From positions 5,890,001 through 5,954,000 of the forward strand of contig OZ024742.1 of the NCBI GenBank assembly GCA_964016885.1: a DNA stretch of 64,000 bases. The letters run 5' to 3'. The notes below the pieces were generated by a model that did no database searches, had not been told where the DNA came from, and was given only the letters and a program-made list of their open reading frames with translations. Positions 45,252 through 58,409 of the stretch are shown here, in pieces. Origin of the DNA: Eledone cirrhosa. Lineage: Eukaryota. Positions within the stretch are counted from its first letter, which is position 1, and every line of letters begins with the position of its first letter. A program made the position numbers and the translations under genes.

Positions 45252-48200
45252 GAGGGGCAGAATAACCTGGCGCAAATACCATACTATATATTTAGATCTG
45301 GTGGTGGCAGTACAGCCTCACACAACTACCATACTATATATTTAAATCTGGAGGGGCAGAATAACCTGGCACAACTACCATACTATATATTTAGATCTGG
45401 AGGTGGAAGAAGAGCCTGGCACAACTACCATACTATATATTTAGATCTGAAGGGGTAGAACAACTTGGAACAATTACCATATTATATATTTAGATCTGGA
45501 GTGGCAGAACAGTCTGGCACCACTACCATACTATATATTTAGATCTGGAGGGGCAGAAGAGCCTGGCACAACTACCATACTATATATTTAAATCTGGAGG
45601 GGTAGAACAGCTTGGCACAACTAGCATACTATATATTTATATCTGTCGGTGGAAGAACAATCTGGCATAACTACCCTACTATATATTTAGATCTGTAGGG
45701 GCAGAAGTGCCTGGCACAACTACCATACTATATATTTTGATCTGGAGGGCTAGAACAGCTTGGCACAATTACCATACTATATATTTAGATCTGGAGGGGC
45801 AGAACAGTCTGGCACCACTACCATACTAGATATTTAGATCTGGAGGGGCAGAAGAGCCTTGGATAACTACCATACTATATATTTAAGTCTGGAGGGAAGA
45901 ATAAACTGGCACAACTACCATACTATATATTTAGATCTGGAGGGGCAGAAGAGCCTGGCACAACTACCATACTATATATTTAGATCTGGAGGGCCAGAAC
46001 AACCTGACACAACTAGCATATATATATTTAGATCTGGAGGGGCAGTACAGCCTGGCACAACTACCAGAATATATATTTAGATATGGAGTGGCAGAGCAGC
46101 CTGGCACAAGTACCATACTATATATTTAGATCTGGAAGGGCAGAACATCTTGGCACAACTACACTACTATATATTTAGATCTGGCGGTGGAAGAACAACC
46201 TGGCGCAAATAACATACTATATATTTACATCTGGAGGGTCAGAACAGCCTGGCACAACTACCATACTATATATTTAGATCTGGAGGGGCAGAACAGCCTG
46301 GCATAACTAGCATACTATATATTTAGATCTGGAGGGGCAGAACAGCCTGGCACAACTACCATACTATATATTTAGATCTGGAGGGGTAGAACAACCTGCC
46401 ACGACTACCGTACTATACATTTAGATCTCGAGAGGTAGAACAGCTTGGCACAAATACCATACTATATATTTAGATCTGGAGGGGCAGAACAGTCTGGCAC
46501 AACTACTAGACTATATATTTAGATCCGGAGGGTCTGAACAGCATGGCACAACTACCATACTATATATTTAGATCTGTAGGGGCAGAAGAGCCTGGCGCAA
46601 CTACCATACTATATATTTAGATCTGGTGGTGGGAGTACAGCCTGGCAAAACTACCATACTATATATTTACATCTGTCGGGGCAGAATAACCTGGCACAAC
46701 TACCATACTATATATTTAGATCTGGAGGTGGAAGAAGCGCCTGGCACAACTACCATACTATATATTTAGATCTGGAGGGGTAGAACAACCTGCCACAACT
46801 ACCGTACTATACATTTTGATCTGGAGAGGTAGAACAGCTTGGCACATCTACCATATTATATATTTAGATCTGGAGGGGCAGAACCGTCTGGCACAGCTAC
46901 TATACTATATATTTAGATCCGGAGGGTCTGAACAGCATGCCACAACTACCATACTATATATTTAGATCTGTAGGGGCAGAAGAGCCTGGCGCAACTACCA
47001 TACTATATATTTAAATCTGGAGAGGCAGAATAGCCTGGCCCAACTACCATACTATATATTTAGATCTGGAGGTGGAAGAAGAGCCTGGCACAACTACCAT
47101 ACTATATATTTAGATCTGGAGGGGAAGAACAGCCTGGCACAACTACCATAATATATATTTATATCTGGGGGGGTAGAACAAACTTGCAAAATTACAATAC
47201 TATATATTTAGATATGGAGGGCACAACAGCATAACAAAACTGCCATACTATATATTTAGATCTGGAGGGGCAGAACAGCTTGGCACAACTACCATACTAT
47301 ATATTTATATCTGGCGGTGGAAGAACAACCTTGCACAATTACCATACTATATATTTAGATCTGGAGGGGCAGAACAGCCTGGCACAACTACCCTACTATA
47401 TATTTAGATCTGGAGGGGCAGAACAGCCGGGCATAACTACCATACTATATATTTAGATCTGGAGGGGCAGAACAGCCTGGCATAACTACCATAATATATA
47501 TTTAGATCTGGAGGTGCAGAACAACCTGGCACAACTACCATACAATACATTTAGATCTGGAGGGGTAGAACAGCTTGGCACAACTACCATACTATATATT
47601 TACATCTGGAGGGGCAGAATAGTCTGGCACAACTACCATACTAGATATTTAGATATGGTGGGGCAGAACAACCTGGCACAACTACCATACTATACATTTA
47701 GATCTGGAGGGTTAGAACAACATGGCACAACTACCATAGTATATATTTAGATCTGGAGGGGCAGAACAGTCTGGCACCACTACCATACTATATATTTAGT
47801 TCTGGAGGGACAGAAGAGACTTGGATAACTACCATACTATATATTTAAATCTGGAGAGGCAGAATAAACTGGCACAACTACCATACTATATATTACGATC
47901 TGGAGGGGCAGAAGAGCCTGGCACAACTAACTTACTATATATTTAGATCTGGAGGGGCAGAACATCTTGGCACAACTACAATACTATATATTTAGATCTG
48001 GCGGTGGAAGAACAACCTGGCACAAATACCATACTATGTATTTACATCTGGAGGGGCAGAACAGCCTGGCACAACTACCATACTATATATTTAGATCTGG
48101 AGGGGCAGAACAGCCTGGCACACCTACCATACTATATATTTAGATCTTGAGGGGCAGAACAGTCTGGCACAACTACTATACTATATATTTAGATCCGGAG

Positions 48201-51200
48201 GGTCTGAACAGCATGGCACAACTACCATACTATATATTTAGATCTGTAGGGGCAGAAGAGCCTGGCGCAACTACCATACTATATATTTAGATCTGGAGGG
48301 GTATAACAGCTTGGCACAATTACCATACTATATATTGAGATCTGGAGAGGCAGAACAGTCTGGCACCACTACCATACTATATATTTAGATCTGGAGGGGC
48401 AGAAGAGACTTGGATAACTACCATTCTATATATTTAGATCTGGAGGGGCAGAACAGCCTGGCACAAGTACCATACTCTATATTTAGATCTGGAGGGGCAG
48501 AACATCTTGGCACAACTACCATACTATATATTTAGATCTGGAGGGGCAGAACAGCCTGGCACAAGTACCATACGATATATTTAGATCTGGAGGGTTAGAA
48601 CAACTTGGCACAACTACCATACTATATATTTAGATCTGGAGGGGCAGAAGAGACTTGGATAACTACCATACTATATATTTAAATCTGGAGAGGCAGAATA
48701 ACCTGGCACAACTACCATACTATATATTTCGATCTGGAGGGGCAGAAGAGCCTGGCACAACTAACTTACTATATATTTAGATCTGGAGGGGCAGAACAGT
48801 CTGGCACAACTACTATACTATATATTTAGATCCGGAGAGTCTGAACAGCATGGCACAACTACCATACCTTATATTTAGATCTGTAGGGGCAGAAGAGCCT
48901 GGCGCAACTACAATACTATATATTTAGATCTGGAGGGGTAGAACAGCTTGGCACAATTACCATACTATATATTTAGATCTGGAGGGGCAGAACAGTCTGG
49001 CACCACTACGATACTATATATTTAGATCTGGAGGGGCAGAAGAGTCTGGCACAACTACCATACTATATATATAAATCTGGAAGGGCAGAACAGCTTGGCA
49101 CAACTACCATACTATATATTTTGATCTGGAGGTGGAAGAAGAGCCTGGCACAACTACCATACTATATATTTAGATCTGGAGGGGAAGAACAGCCTGGCAC
49201 AACTACCATATTATATATCTAGATCTGGAGAGGTAGAATAACCTGGCACAATTACCATACTATATATTTAGATCTGGAGGTGCAGAACAGCCTAATAAAC
49301 TACCATACTATATATTTAGATCTGGAGGGCAGAGCAGCCTGGCACATGTACCATACTATATATTTAGATCTGCAGGCGTAGATGCGCCTGGCACAACTAC
49401 AATACTATATATTTAAATCTGGTGGGGCAGAACAGCTTGGCACAACTACCATACTATATATTTAGATCTGGAGGTGGAAGAAGAGCCCGGCACAAATACC
49501 ATACTATATATTTAGATCTGGAGTTGAGAGTACAGCCTGGCAAAACTACCATACTATATATTTAGATCTGAAGGTAGAAGAAGAGCCTGGCACAACTACC
49601 ATACTATATATATAAATCTAGAGGGGCAGAATAGCCTGGCTCAACTACCATACTATATATTTAGATCTGGAGAGGCAGAACAGCCTGGCACAAGTACCAT
49701 GCTATATATTTAGATCTGGAGGGGCAGAACAGCTTGGCACAACTACCATACTATATATTTATATCTGGCGATGGAAGAACAATCTGACAGAACTACCATA
49801 CTATATATTTAGATCTGGAGCGGCATACAGCCTGGCACAACTACCCTACTATATATTTAGATCTAGAGGGGCAGAACAGCCTGACACAACTACCACACTA
49901 TATATTTAGATCTGGAGGGGCAGAACAACCTGGCACAAGTACCATACTATATATTTAGATCTGGAGAGGCAGAACAGCCTGGCACAAATACCATGCTATA
50001 TATTTAGATCTGGAGGGGCAGAACAGCATGGCACAACTACCATACTATATATTTAGATCTGGAGGTGGGAGTACAGCCTGGCACAACTACCATACTATAT
50101 ATTTAGATGTGGAGGTTGAAGAAGAGCCTGGCACAACTACCATACTATATATTTAGATCTGGAGGTGAGAGTACAGCCTGGCACAACTACCATAATATAT
50201 ATTTAGATCTGAAAGGGGCAGAACAGTCTGGCACAACTACCATACTATATATTTAGATCTGGAAGGGCAGAACAGCCTGGCACAACTACCATACTATACA
50301 TTTAGATCTGGAGGTGGAAGAAGAGCCTGGCACAACTACCGTACTTTATATTTAGATCTGGAGGTGGGAGAACAGCCTGGCACAACTACCATACTATATA
50401 TTTAGACCTGGAGGTGAAAGAAACGCCTGGCACAACTACCAAACTATATACTTAAATCTGGAGGGGCAGAATAACCTGGCACAAATACCATACTATATAA
50501 TTAGATCTGGAGGGGCAGAACAGCCTGGCACAACTACCATACTATATATTTACATCTAGAGGGGCAGAATAACCTGGCGCAAATACCATACTATATATTT
50601 AGATCTGGTGGTGGCAGTACAGCCTCACACAACTACCATACTATATATTTAAATCTGGAGGGGCAGAATAACCTGGCACAACTACCATACTATATATTTA
50701 GATCTGGAGGTGGAAGAAGAGCCTGGCACAACTACCATACTATATATTTAGATCTGAAGGGGTAGAACAACTTGGAACAATTACCATATTATATATTTAG
50801 ATCTGGAGTGGCAGAACAGTCTGGCACCACTACCATACTATATATTTAGATCTGGAGGGGCAGAAGAGCCTGGCACAACTACCATACTATATATTTAAAT
50901 CTGGAGGGGTAGAACAGCTTGGCACAACTAGCATACTATATATTTATATCTGTCGGTGGAAGAACAATCTGGCATAACTACCCTACTATATATTTAGATC
51001 TGTAGGGGCAGAAGTGCCTGGCACAACTACCATACTATATATTTTGATCTGGAGGGCTAGAACAGCTTGGCACAATTACCATACTATATATTTAGATCTG
51101 GAGGGGCAGAACAGTCTGGCACCACTACCATACTAGATATTTAGATCTGGAGGGGCAGAAGAGCCTTGGATAACTACCATACTATATATTTAAGTCTGGA

Positions 51201-54200
51201 GGGAAGAATAAACTGGCACAACTACCATACTATATATTTAGATCTGGAGGGGCAGAAGAGCCTGGCACAACTACCATACTATATATTTAGATCTGGAGGG
51301 CCAGAACAACCTGACACAACTAGCATATATATATTTAGATCTGGAGGGGCAGTACAGCCTGGCACAACTACCAGAATATATATTTAGATATGGAGTGGCA
51401 GAGCAGCCTGGCACAAGTACCATACTATATATTTAGATCTGGAAGGGCAGAACATCTTGGCACAACTACACTACTATATATTTAGATCTGGCGGTGGAAG
51501 AACAACCTGGCGCAAATAACATACTATATATTTACATCTGGAGGGTCAGAACAGCCTGGCACAACTACCATACTATATATTTAGATCTGGAGGGGCAGAA
51601 CAGCCTGGCATAACTAGCATACTATATATTTAGATCTGGAGGGGCAGAACAGCCTGGCACAACTACCATACTATATATTTAGATCTGGAGGGGTAGAACA
51701 ACCTGCCACGACTACCGTACTATACATTTAGATCTCGAGAGGTAGAACAGCTTGGCACAAATACCATACTATATATTTAGATCTGGAGGGGCAGAACAGT
51801 CTGGCACAACTACTAGACTATATATTTAGATCCGGAGGGTCTGAACAGCATGGCACAACTACCATACTATATATTTAGATCTGTAGGGGCAGAAGAGCCT
51901 GGCGCAACTACCATACTATATATTTAGATCTGGTGGTGGGAGTACAGCCTGGCAAAACTACCATACTATATATTTACATCTGTCGGGGCAGAATAACCTG
52001 GCACAACTACCATACTATATATTTAGATCTGGAGGTGGAAGAAGCGCCTGGCACAACTACCATACTATATATTTAGATCTGGAGGGGTAGAACAACCTGC
52101 CACAACTACCGTACTATACATTTTGATCTGGAGAGGTAGAACAGCTTGGCACATCTACCATATTATATATTTAGATCTGGAGGGGCAGAACCGTCTGGCA
52201 CAGCTACTATACTATATATTTAGATCCGGAGGGTCTGAACAGCATGCCACAACTACCATACTATATATTTAGATCTGTAGGGGCAGAAGAGCCTGGCGCA
52301 ACTACCATACTATATATTTAAATCTGGAGAGGCAGAATAGCCTGGCCCAACTACCATACTATATATTTAGATCTGGAGGTGGAAGAAGAGCCTGGCACAA
52401 CTACCATACTATATATTTAGATCTGGAGGGGAAGAACAGCCTGGCACAACTACCATAATATATATTTATATCTGGGGGGGTAGAACAAACTTGCAAAATT
52501 ACAATACTATATATTTAGATATGGAGGGCACAACAGCATAACAAAACTGCCATACTATATATTTAGATCTGGAGGGGCAGAACAGCTTGGCACAACTACC
52601 ATACTATATATTTATATCTGGCGGTGGAAGAACAACCTTGCACAATTACCATACTATATATTTAGATCTGGAGGGGCAGAACAGCCTGGCACAACTACCC
52701 TACTATATATTTAGATCTGGAGGGGCAGAACAGCCGGGCATAACTACCATACTATATATTTAGATCTGGAGGGGCAGAACAGCCTGGCATAACTACCATA
52801 ATATATATTTAGATCTGGAGGTGCAGAACAACCTGGCACAACTACCATACAATACATTTAGATCTGGAGGGGTAGAACAGCTTGGCACAACTACCATACT
52901 ATATATTTACATCTGGAGGGGCAGAATAGTCTGGCACAACTACCATACTAGATATTTAGATATGGTGGGGCAGAACAACCTGGCACAACTACCATACTAT
53001 ACATTTAGATCTGGAGGGTTAGAACAACATGGCACAACTACCATAGTATATATTTAGATCTGGAGGGGCAGAACAGTCTGGCACCACTACCATACTATAT
53101 ATTTAGTTCTGGAGGGACAGAAGAGACTTGGATAACTACCATACTATATATTTAAATCTGGAGAGGCAGAATAAACTGGCACAACTACCATACTATATAT
53201 TACGATCTGGAGGGGCAGAAGAGCCTGGCACAACTAACTTACTATATATTTAGATCTGGAGGGGCAGAACATCTTGGCACAACTACAATACTATATATTT
53301 AGATCTGGCGGTGGAAGAACAACCTGGCACAAATACCATACTATGTATTTACATCTGGAGGGGCAGAACAGCCTGGCACAACTACCATACTATATATTTA
53401 GATCTGGAGGGGCAGAACAGCCTGGCACACCTACCATACTATATATTTAGATCTTGAGGGGCAGAACAGTCTGGCACAACTACTATACTATATATTTAGA
53501 TCCGGAGGGTCTGAACAGCATGGCACAACTACCATACTATATATTTAGATCTGTAGGGGCAGAAGAGCCTGGCGCAACTACCATACTATATATTTAGATC
53601 TGGAGGGGTATAACAGCTTGGCACAATTACCATACTATATATTGAGATCTGGAGAGGCAGAACAGTCTGGCACCACTACCATACTATATATTTAGATCTG
53701 GAGGGGCAGAAGAGACTTGGATAACTACCATTCTATATATTTAGATCTGGAGGGGCAGAACAGCCTGGCACAAGTACCATACTCTATATTTAGATCTGGA
53801 GGGGCAGAACATCTTGGCACAACTACCATACTATATATTTAGATCTGGAGGGGCAGAACAGCCTGGCACAAGTACCATACGATATATTTAGATCTGGAGG
53901 GTTAGAACAACTTGGCACAACTACCATACTATATATTTAGATCTGGAGGGGCAGAAGAGACTTGGATAACTACCATACTATATATTTAAATCTGGAGAGG
54001 CAGAATAACCTGGCACAACTACCATACTATATATTTCGATCTGGAGGGGCAGAAGAGCCTGGCACAACTAACTTACTATATATTTAGATCTGGAGGGGCA
54101 GAACAGTCTGGCACAACTACTATACTATATATTTAGATTCGGAGAGTCTGAACAGCATGGCACAACTACCATACCTTATATTTAGATCTGTAGGGGCAGA

Positions 54201-55865
54201 AGAGCCTGGCGCAACTACAATACTATATATTTAGATCTGGAGGGGTAGAACAGCTTGGCACAATTACCATACTATATATTTAGATCTGGAGGGGCAGAAC
54301 AGTCTGGCACCACTACGATACTATATATTTAGATCTGGAGGGGCAGAAGAGTCTGGCACAACTACCATACTATATATATAAATCTGGAAGGGCAGAACAG
54401 CTTGGCACAACTACCATACTATATATTTTGATCTGGAGGTGGAAGAAGAGCCTGGCACAACTACCATACTATATATTTAGATCTGGAGGGGAAGAACAGC
54501 CTGGCACAACTACCATATTATATATCTAGATCTGGAGAGGTAGAATAACCTGGCACAATTACCATACTATATATTTAGATCTGGAGGTGCAGAACAGCCT
54601 AATAAACTACCATACTATATATTTAGATCTGGAGGGCAGAGCAGCCTGGCACATGTACCATACTATATATTTAGATCTGCAGGCGTAGATGCGCCTGGCA
54701 CAACTACAATACTATATATTTAAATCTGGTGGGGCAGAACAGCTTGGCACAACTACCATACTATATATTTAGATCTGGAGGTGGAAGAAGAGCCCGGCAC
54801 AAATACCATACTATATATTTAGATCTGGAGTTGAGAGTACAGCCTGGCAAAACTACCATACTATATATTTAGATCTGAAGGTAGAAGAAGAGCCTGGCAC
54901 AACTACCATACTATATATATAAATCTAGAGGGGCAGAATAGCCTGGGTCAACTACCATACTATATATTTAGATCTGGAGAGGCAGAACAGCCTGGCACAA
55001 GTACCATGCTATATATTTAGATCTGGAGGGGCAGAACAGCTTGGCACAACTACCATACTATATATTTATATCTGGCGATGGAAGAACAATCTGACAGAAC
55101 TACCATACTATATATTTAGATCTGGAGCGGCATACAGCCTGGCACAACTACCCTACTATATATTTAGATCTAGAGGGGCAGAACAGCCTGACACAACTAC
55201 CACACTATATATTTAGATCTGGAGGGGCAGAACAACCTGGCACAAGTACCATACTATATATTTAGATCTGGAGAGGCAGAACAGCCTGGCACAAATACCA
55301 TGCTATATATTTAGATCTGGAGGGGCAGAACAGCATGGCACAACTACCATACTATATATTTAGATCTGGAGGTGGGAGTACAGCCTGGCACAACTACCAT
55401 ACTATATATTTAGATGTGGAGGTTGAAGAAGAGCCTGGCACAACTACCATACTATATATTTAGATCTGGAGGTGAGAGTACAGCCTGGCACAACTACCAT
55501 AATATATATTTAGATCTGAAAGGGGCAGAACAGTCTGGCACAACTACCATACTATATATTTAGATCTGGAAGGGCAGAACAGCCTGGCACAACTACCATA
55601 CTATACATTTAGATCTGGAGGTGGAAGAAGAGCCTGGCACAACTACCGTACTTTATATTTAGATCTGGAGGTGGGAGAACAGCCTGGCACAACTACCATA
55701 CTATATATTTAGACCTGGAGGTGAAAGAAACGCCTGGCACAACTACCAAACTATATACTTAAATCTGGAGGGGCAGAATAACCTGGCACAAATACCATAC
55801 TATATAATTAGATCTGGAGGGGCAGAACAGCCTGGCACAACTACCATACTATATATTTACATCTA
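45252..55865. repeat. Near-perfect tandem duplication, period 5307 bp (about 108 monomers)
   Basis: CGCAAATACC variant at 45271 and 50578. ORF pairs 45859/51166 and 47514/52821 are offset by 5307. Both copies end at TACATCTAGAGGGGCAG (about 50551 and 55858). Confidence 0.94.
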
Positions 55866-58409
55866 GAGGGGCAGAACAACCTGGCACAACTACCGTACTA
55901 TACATTTAGATATGGAGAGGTAGAACAGCTTGGCACAACTACCATACTATATATTTATATCTGGAGGTGCAGAATTGTCTGGAACAACTACCATACTATA
56001 TATTTAGATATGGTAGGGCAGAACAACCTGGCACAACTACCATACTATACATTTAGATCTGGAGGGTTAGAACAACTTGGCACAACTACCATAGTATATA
56101 TTTAGATCTGGAGGGGCAGAACTGTCTGGCACCACTACCATACTATATATTTAGTTCTGGAGGGACAGAAGAGACTTGGATAACTACCATACTATATATT
56201 TAAATCTGGAGAGGCAGAATAAACTGGCACAACAACCATACTATATATTTAGATCTGGAGGGGCAGAACATCTTGGCACAACTACAATACTATATATTTA
56301 GATCTGGCGGTGGAAGAACAACCTGGCACAAATACCATACTATATATTTACATCTGGAGGGGCAGAACAGCCTGGCACAACTACCATACTATATATTTAG
56401 ATCTGGAGGGGCAGAACAGCCTGGCATATCTACCATACTATACATTTAGATCTTGAGGGGCAGAACAGTCTGGCACAACTACTATACTATATATTTAGAT
56501 CCGGAGGGTCTGAACAGCATCACACAACTACCATACTATATATTTAGATCTGTAGGGGCAGAAGAGCCTGGCGCAACTACCATACTATATATTTAGATCG
56601 GGAGGGGTATAACAGCTTGGCACAATTACCATACTATATATTTAGATCTGGAGAGGCAGAAGAGACTTGGATAACTACCATACTATATATTTAAATCTGG
56701 AGAGGCAGAATAACCTGGCACAACTACCATACTATATATTTCGATCTGGAGGGGCAGAAGAGCCTGGCACAACTAACTTACTATATATTTCGATCTGGAG
56801 GACCAGAACAACCTGGCACAACTACCATACTATATATTTAGATCTGGAGGGACAGAACAGCCTGGCACAAGTACCATACTATATATTTAGATCTGGAGGG
56901 GCAGAACATCTTGGCGCAACTACAATACTATATATTTAGATCTGGCGGTGGAAGAACAACCTGGCACAAATACCATACTATATATTTACATCTGGAGGGG
57001 CAGAACAGCCTGGCACAACTACCATACTATATATTTAGATCTGGAGGGGCAGAACAGCCTGGCATAACTACCATACTATATATTTAGATCTGTAGGGGCA
57101 GAAGAGCCTGGCGCAACTACCATACTATATATTTAGATCTGGAGGGGTATAACAGCTTGGCACAATTACCATACTATATATTGAGATCTGGAGGGGCAAA
57201 ACAGTCTGGCACCACTACCATACTATATATTTAGATCTGGAGGGGCAGAAGAGACTTGGATAACTACCATTCTATATATTTAAATCTGGAGAGGCAGAAT
57301 AACCTGGCACAACCACCATACTATATATTTCGATCTGGAGGGGCAGAAGAGCCTGGCACAAGTACCATACTATATATTTAGATCTGGAGGGGCAGAACAG
57401 CCTGGCACAAGTACCATACTCTATATTTAGATCTGGAGGGGCAGAACATCTTGGCACAACTACCATACTATATATTTAGATCTGGAGGGGCAGAACAGCC
57501 TGGCACAAGTACCATACTATATATTTAGATCTGGAGGGTTAGAACAACTTGGCACAACTACCATACTATATATTTCGATCTGGAGGGGCAGAAGAGCCTG
57601 GCACAACTAACTTACTATATATTTAGATCCGGAGGGTCTGAACAGCATGGCACAACTACCATACCTTTTATTTAGATCTGTAGGGGCAGAAGAGCCTGGC
57701 GCAACTACCATACTATACATTTAGATCTGGAGGGGTATAACAGCTTGGCACAATTACCATACTATATATTTAGAACTGGTGGGGCAGAACAGTCTGGCAC
57801 CACTACGATACTATATATTTAGATCTGGAGGGACAGAAGAGCCTGGCACAACTACCATACTATATATATAAATCTGGAAGGGCAGAACAGCTTGGCACAA
57901 CTACCATACTATATATTTTGATCTGGAGGTGGAAGAAGAGCCTGGCACAACTACCATACTTTATATTTAGATCTGGAGGTGGGAGTACAGCCTGTCATAA
58001 CTATCATACTATATATTTAGACATGGAGGTGGAAGAAGCGCCTGGCATAACTACCATACTATATATTTAGATCTGAAGTTGGGAGTACAGCCTGGCACAA
58101 CTACCATACTATATATTTAAATCTGGAGTGGCAGAATTACCTGGCACAACTACCATACTATATATTTAGATCTGGAGGTGGAAGAAGAGCCTGGCACAAC
58201 TACCATACTATATATTTAGATCTGGAGGGGAAGAACAGCCTGGCACAACTACCATATTATATATGTAGATCTGGAGAGGTAGAACAACCTGGCACAAATA
58301 CCATACTATATATTTAGATCTGGAGGGGCAGAACGGCCTAACACAACTACCATACTATATATTTAAATCTGGAGGGCAGAGCAGCCTGGCACATGTACCA
58401 TACTATATA

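Noticed and set aside
4578-55865. All multi-kb duplications being assembly artefacts
   Set aside because: Most copy pairs carry distinguishing SNVs or whole-monomer indels and nest consistently. An artefact cannot be fully excluded for the 2216-bp pair without reads.
57272-57466. Single minus-strand ORF of 64 aa
   Set aside because: Chance loss of stop codons in the reverse-complement repeat; no independent coding evidence.
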